Below, one piece after another: positions 60,720 through 64,000 of a stretch of DNA of 64,000 bases. Every line of letters starts with the position of its first letter. Positions within the stretch are counted from its first letter, which is position 1. Source of the DNA: Malacoraja senta. Taxonomy: Eukaryota. Both the position numbers and the translations under genes were made by a program. The DNA lies in NCBI GenBank assembly GCA_038087875.1, contig CM076000.1:186001-250000 (forward strand), written 5' to 3'. The notes beneath the pieces were generated by a model. It saw nothing but the letters and a program-made list of their open reading frames with translations. It was not told the DNA's origin and ran no database searches.

Positions 60720-61119
60720 AAGCCTTACCTGCCCTCAGCTACAAAGTTCCCAGGTCTGAATACAGGCAGTGGCGGCAGAGGTAGATGCGGGCAAGGAAGC
60801 TGTGTGGGCCAGGGGGTTGTGTTGGCAGCCCGGCCTGGAAGTGGCATCAGCAGTGGTGCAGGCCTGGGGTGGCATCAGCAGTGGTGGTGGTGGTCAGTAT
60901 AACTGAAATCCGTTATAAAGAGGTCCGTAAAAATGAGGGTTTACTGTATTTCACTTCCAAACAAAAACCCGTTCATTGCTATTTATCTTCAAAGTGATTG
61001 GCTGCTCAGCTTTTGGCATTAGGAATTTAGTATTTGCAACCTCAAATATAAATTCTGTTTGTCTCTCACTTCCAAATAAAAAGGTCTACTTGATATAGAA
61101 TGTTATTGATATTGGTATT

Positions 61120-61510
61120 CATTTATTATTGTATGTGTACCTGGATACAGTAAAAAAATGTTGTGCGCATGCTATCCAGTCAAATCATATTATACATAAG
61201 TATAATCAAGCCATGCGTGTGTAAGAGGTGGTACAATGAGAACAATACTAGAGTAAAGAATATGGTGCTACAACACTATAGCATTTCAGATATAGAAAAA
61301 GACAGATCTGTGGTGAGATAGGTCGGAGATTGGGACTAGACCTTAACTTGTGGGAGTACCATCCATTAGATAACAGCAAGGAAGATGCTGTTTTTTTAAC
61401 ATTCAGGCTTTTGTATTTTCTGCCTGACAGGAGAGGGGAGAAGAGGAAATGACCAGGGGGAAAATAGTCCTTGATTATGTTGACTGTTTTGCCAGGCAGT
61501 GTGAAATGTA
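61120..61510 (-). mobile_element. Old Rex1/Babar-like 3' end
   Basis: rc NIIKDYFPPGHFLFSPLLSGRKYKSL; ttattgtatgtgtacctggatacagta hairpin tail. Confidence 0.6.
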
Positions 61511-62377
61511 ACAACTCTAAATGTTTTTTTATTGTACTGCCTCAATTGGTAAAGTACATGTGATTCTTCATTGGTTTCCTTTTGTACAAATAATTTCTAG
61601 CTCAGCTCAGATCCCTGGAAATGTCCTACAAACCACTTACGAATCCATTAGTTTAACGATCAGTTGTAATTCTTCAATTGCCACATTACACTTCTGGCAG
61701 CACATAATGTAACTAGTAGAGCCATGGATTCAGAGACCTGGGTTCAATCCTGACTCGGGCACTGTCAGTATGGAGTTTGCACATTCCTTCTGTGGTTTCC
61801 TCTGGGTGTTCCAATTTCCTCCCACATCCCAAATATGTGCAGGTTGGTGGGTTTGTTGGCCACTGTGAACTGCTCCTGGTGTGCAGTTGAGTGGTAGAGT
61901 CTGCGATGAGAACCATAAGACATAGGAGCAGAATTAGGTCATTTGGCCTATCGATCCCACTTCACCATTCAATCGTGGCTGATCTATTTTTCCCTCTCAA
62001 CCCCATTCTCCTGCCTTCTCCCCATAACTCCCCCACCCCCAAGGAGGGGGGAAGTTGATGAGAATGTGGGATAAATAAAATATATGATTGACAAAGTATT
62101 AGCTTAAACGGTTAATTGATGATCAGTGTGGGCTTGGTCTGCCAAAAGGATTGTGTTCCACATTGCATCTCTTTCTAAGACCTACAATCTTTCAGTCAAA
62201 TTTCAGGCCTTGTAAGATGAAGCCAATATGGACTTCGAGTAAAAATAAACTATTTATTTTTTTGGTTTTCCAAGCTGACATGTCATCAAAACAAAAACAA
62301 TGTTATGCAAGGCACACTGAAACCTATCTAGCATTGGTTCTGATGTATGCTGAAACAAAATTCTTGTGTCTTCACAG

Positions 62378-62663
62378 AGAACAAAATTCACGGCATCCCA
62401 GTCAGAAAGTATGGAATCTGAGGACAATTACGTGCCAATGAACCCAGGTTCCTTGTCTCCATTTAATACAACTAACCCGGAAAGTCATCAAGATGTCTAT
62501 ATGCCCATGAGTCCTGGTCCCCACCACTTTGACTTCTCTGGATTCTCTTCAGCCACGTTTCCTTCCCGCAAAGGAAGTACGGCTTCTTTCTGCCTCAAAG
62601 CTAATTTTCCTGCAGAGTTGCTGCCGCCTCCAGTCAATCGTAATCTTAAACCAGACAGAAAAT
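62378..62663 (+). CDS. GAB2: GAB2 internal coding exon (equivalent to human exon 6)
   Basis: Acceptor cttcacAG|aga (phase 0), donor aaT|GTgagt. Encodes SEDNYVPMNPG and VYMPMSPGPHHFD (two YxxM p85 sites) and PPVNRNLKPDRK (Grb2 SH3 motif). Confidence 0.95.
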
Positions 62664-63139
62664 GTGAGTTTTTACAGTTTCATTAACATTTACTGTAACT
62701 GGAAAATATTTTCTTTTAAGATCCATAAATGCAGTGCAGTGGCACAGTGCGTAACCTACCAGACTTATAATTCTGAGAACTAGACAAATATTCCTGAACA
62801 GGTTCAAAACCATCTCAGTAATAACTTAACATTTTTAAAAATCCTAGCTTTGAGTATGATGGCAAAATAGCCAGATTGATGTAAAGTTCATCTGCTTCAC
62901 AAATGCCCTGCAGGGGAGAAACCTGCCATCATTACCCAGTCTGTGTAATATGGATGTGCCAACCCGGTTGAGTCTCAAATGTCTGTAAGGCACTCAATTC
63001 CAAGGCAGTTTGGGACAGTCAATAAATGTTGTTTTTTCAGTGACACCCAGATCCTGAAAAATGAATAAATTAAAAAATAAAGTTTAATCTTCAACATAAT
63101 ACATTGTTATAGGTTGTCACTGTGAGAAATTTGCAGTCA

Positions 63140-63378
63140 GACAACGGCAAACATTCAAGGATGTCCTCAAAGCCTTCCTGGCAATGTAACATCCCCAATG
63201 GCTCCTTGGAATCTTAGGCTTATGTCCGATTAACATGGTGAAGGAGCGTTTGGGATAGTACTGGGAACCTCAAGACCATGTATATGAAACATGCAGAGGT
63301 CCTCATGAAACACCAGGAGCAAACCATGTCACAAACTCTCTGTCCACTCTTCCGTTGGGCCACCAGCTGCTCGATGTG
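63140..63378 (+). mobile_element. Decayed RTE-like LINE C-terminal fragment
   Basis: ttcaaggatgtcctcaaagcc..tgtaacatcccc..tccttggaatct (FKDVLKA..CNIP..SWES-like). Confidence 0.45.
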
Positions 63379-64000
63379 TGGGTTTAAACTAAATAGTGGG
63401 GGGGAGGGATTGACAAATTGGGAGTATAAAGATGGAGTTAAAGGGAAAGTGAGTGCAGGAAAAGTTACAAAAGACTCCCGAATTAATGGGAAGGAAAGTT
63501 CAAGAAGGGATAAGAGAGTGTCAGGGCCAATAGTGAGGGGGGAGATGTATACCGAAGCCAAAGTGTTGTATACGAATGCACGAAGTATAAGTAATAAAGT
63601 GGATGAGCTTGAGGCTCAGTTAGAAATTGGCAAGTATGATGTTGTGGGAATTACAGAGACATGGCTGCAAGAGGACCAGGGCTGGGAACTGAATATTCAA
63701 GGGTATATGTCCTATCGAAAAAACAGATAGATGGGCAGAGGAGGTGGGTAGCTCTGTTGGTGAAGAATGAAATTCAGTCCCTTGCGAGGGGTGACATCGA
63801 ATCAGGAGATGTGGAGTCAGTATGGATAGAACTGAGAAATTGTAAGGGCAAAAAGACCCTAATGGGTGTTATCTACAGCCCCCAAACGTAGCCTGGATAT
63901 AGGGTGCAAGTTGAATCAAGAGTTAAAATTGGCATGTTGTAAAGGTAATGCTACGGTTGTTATGGGAGATTTCAATAACATGCTGGGAGACTGGGAAAAT
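63379..64000 (+). mobile_element. CR1 ORF2 5' region (APE endonuclease), running off the window end
   Basis: LYTNARSISNKVDELE...YDVVGITETWL, GVALLVK, ESVWIELRN, VMGDFN; frameshifted. Confidence 0.9.

Noticed and set aside
60760..60948. Pogo/Tigger-like element ending gagggtttaCTG|TA
   Set aside because: Only one plausible terminus and no matching left TIR; too weak to list as a feature.

Overview
Vertebrate genomic DNA, most likely a cartilaginous fish (skate/ray or shark; inferred from the CR1 + V-SINE + Deu-SINE + Penelope repeat repertoire, not proven). The window holds four internal coding exons of a + strand GAB2 (Grb2-associated binder 2) gene at 46944-47166, 55314-55912, 58274-58368 and 62378-62663. 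All have AG/GT boundaries, splice in frame, and by homology match human exons 3-6. I saw no PH-domain exon, so 1-46943 is probably the distal part of one very long intron. The rest is a dense, often nested, set of transposable elements: CR1, Rex1/Babar, L2, L1-like and RTE-like LINE fragments, Penelope-like elements (RT + GIY-YIG), tRNA-derived V-SINEs, old Deu-domain SINEs, a full-length decayed Tc1 transposon and a Harbinger-like MITE. Most notable: (1) about 15 intact or decayed copies of a minimal hammerhead-ribozyme core (CTGAAGA-stem II-GAAACGTC), found in Penelope 3' ends and in 90-200 bp non-autonomous units with their own long TSDs; (2) a ~450 bp near-perfect fold-back palindrome ~220 nt upstream of a 95-bp GAB2 exon; (3) a GC-rich non-coding retroelement family sharing a sequence-variable 3' stem-loop + TGACAATAAA + microsatellite tail with Rex1/Babar LINEs; (4) GAB2 motif differences from the mammalian protein. 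Repeat boundaries without TSDs are approximate. All family assignments come from visual motif recognition, not database searches.
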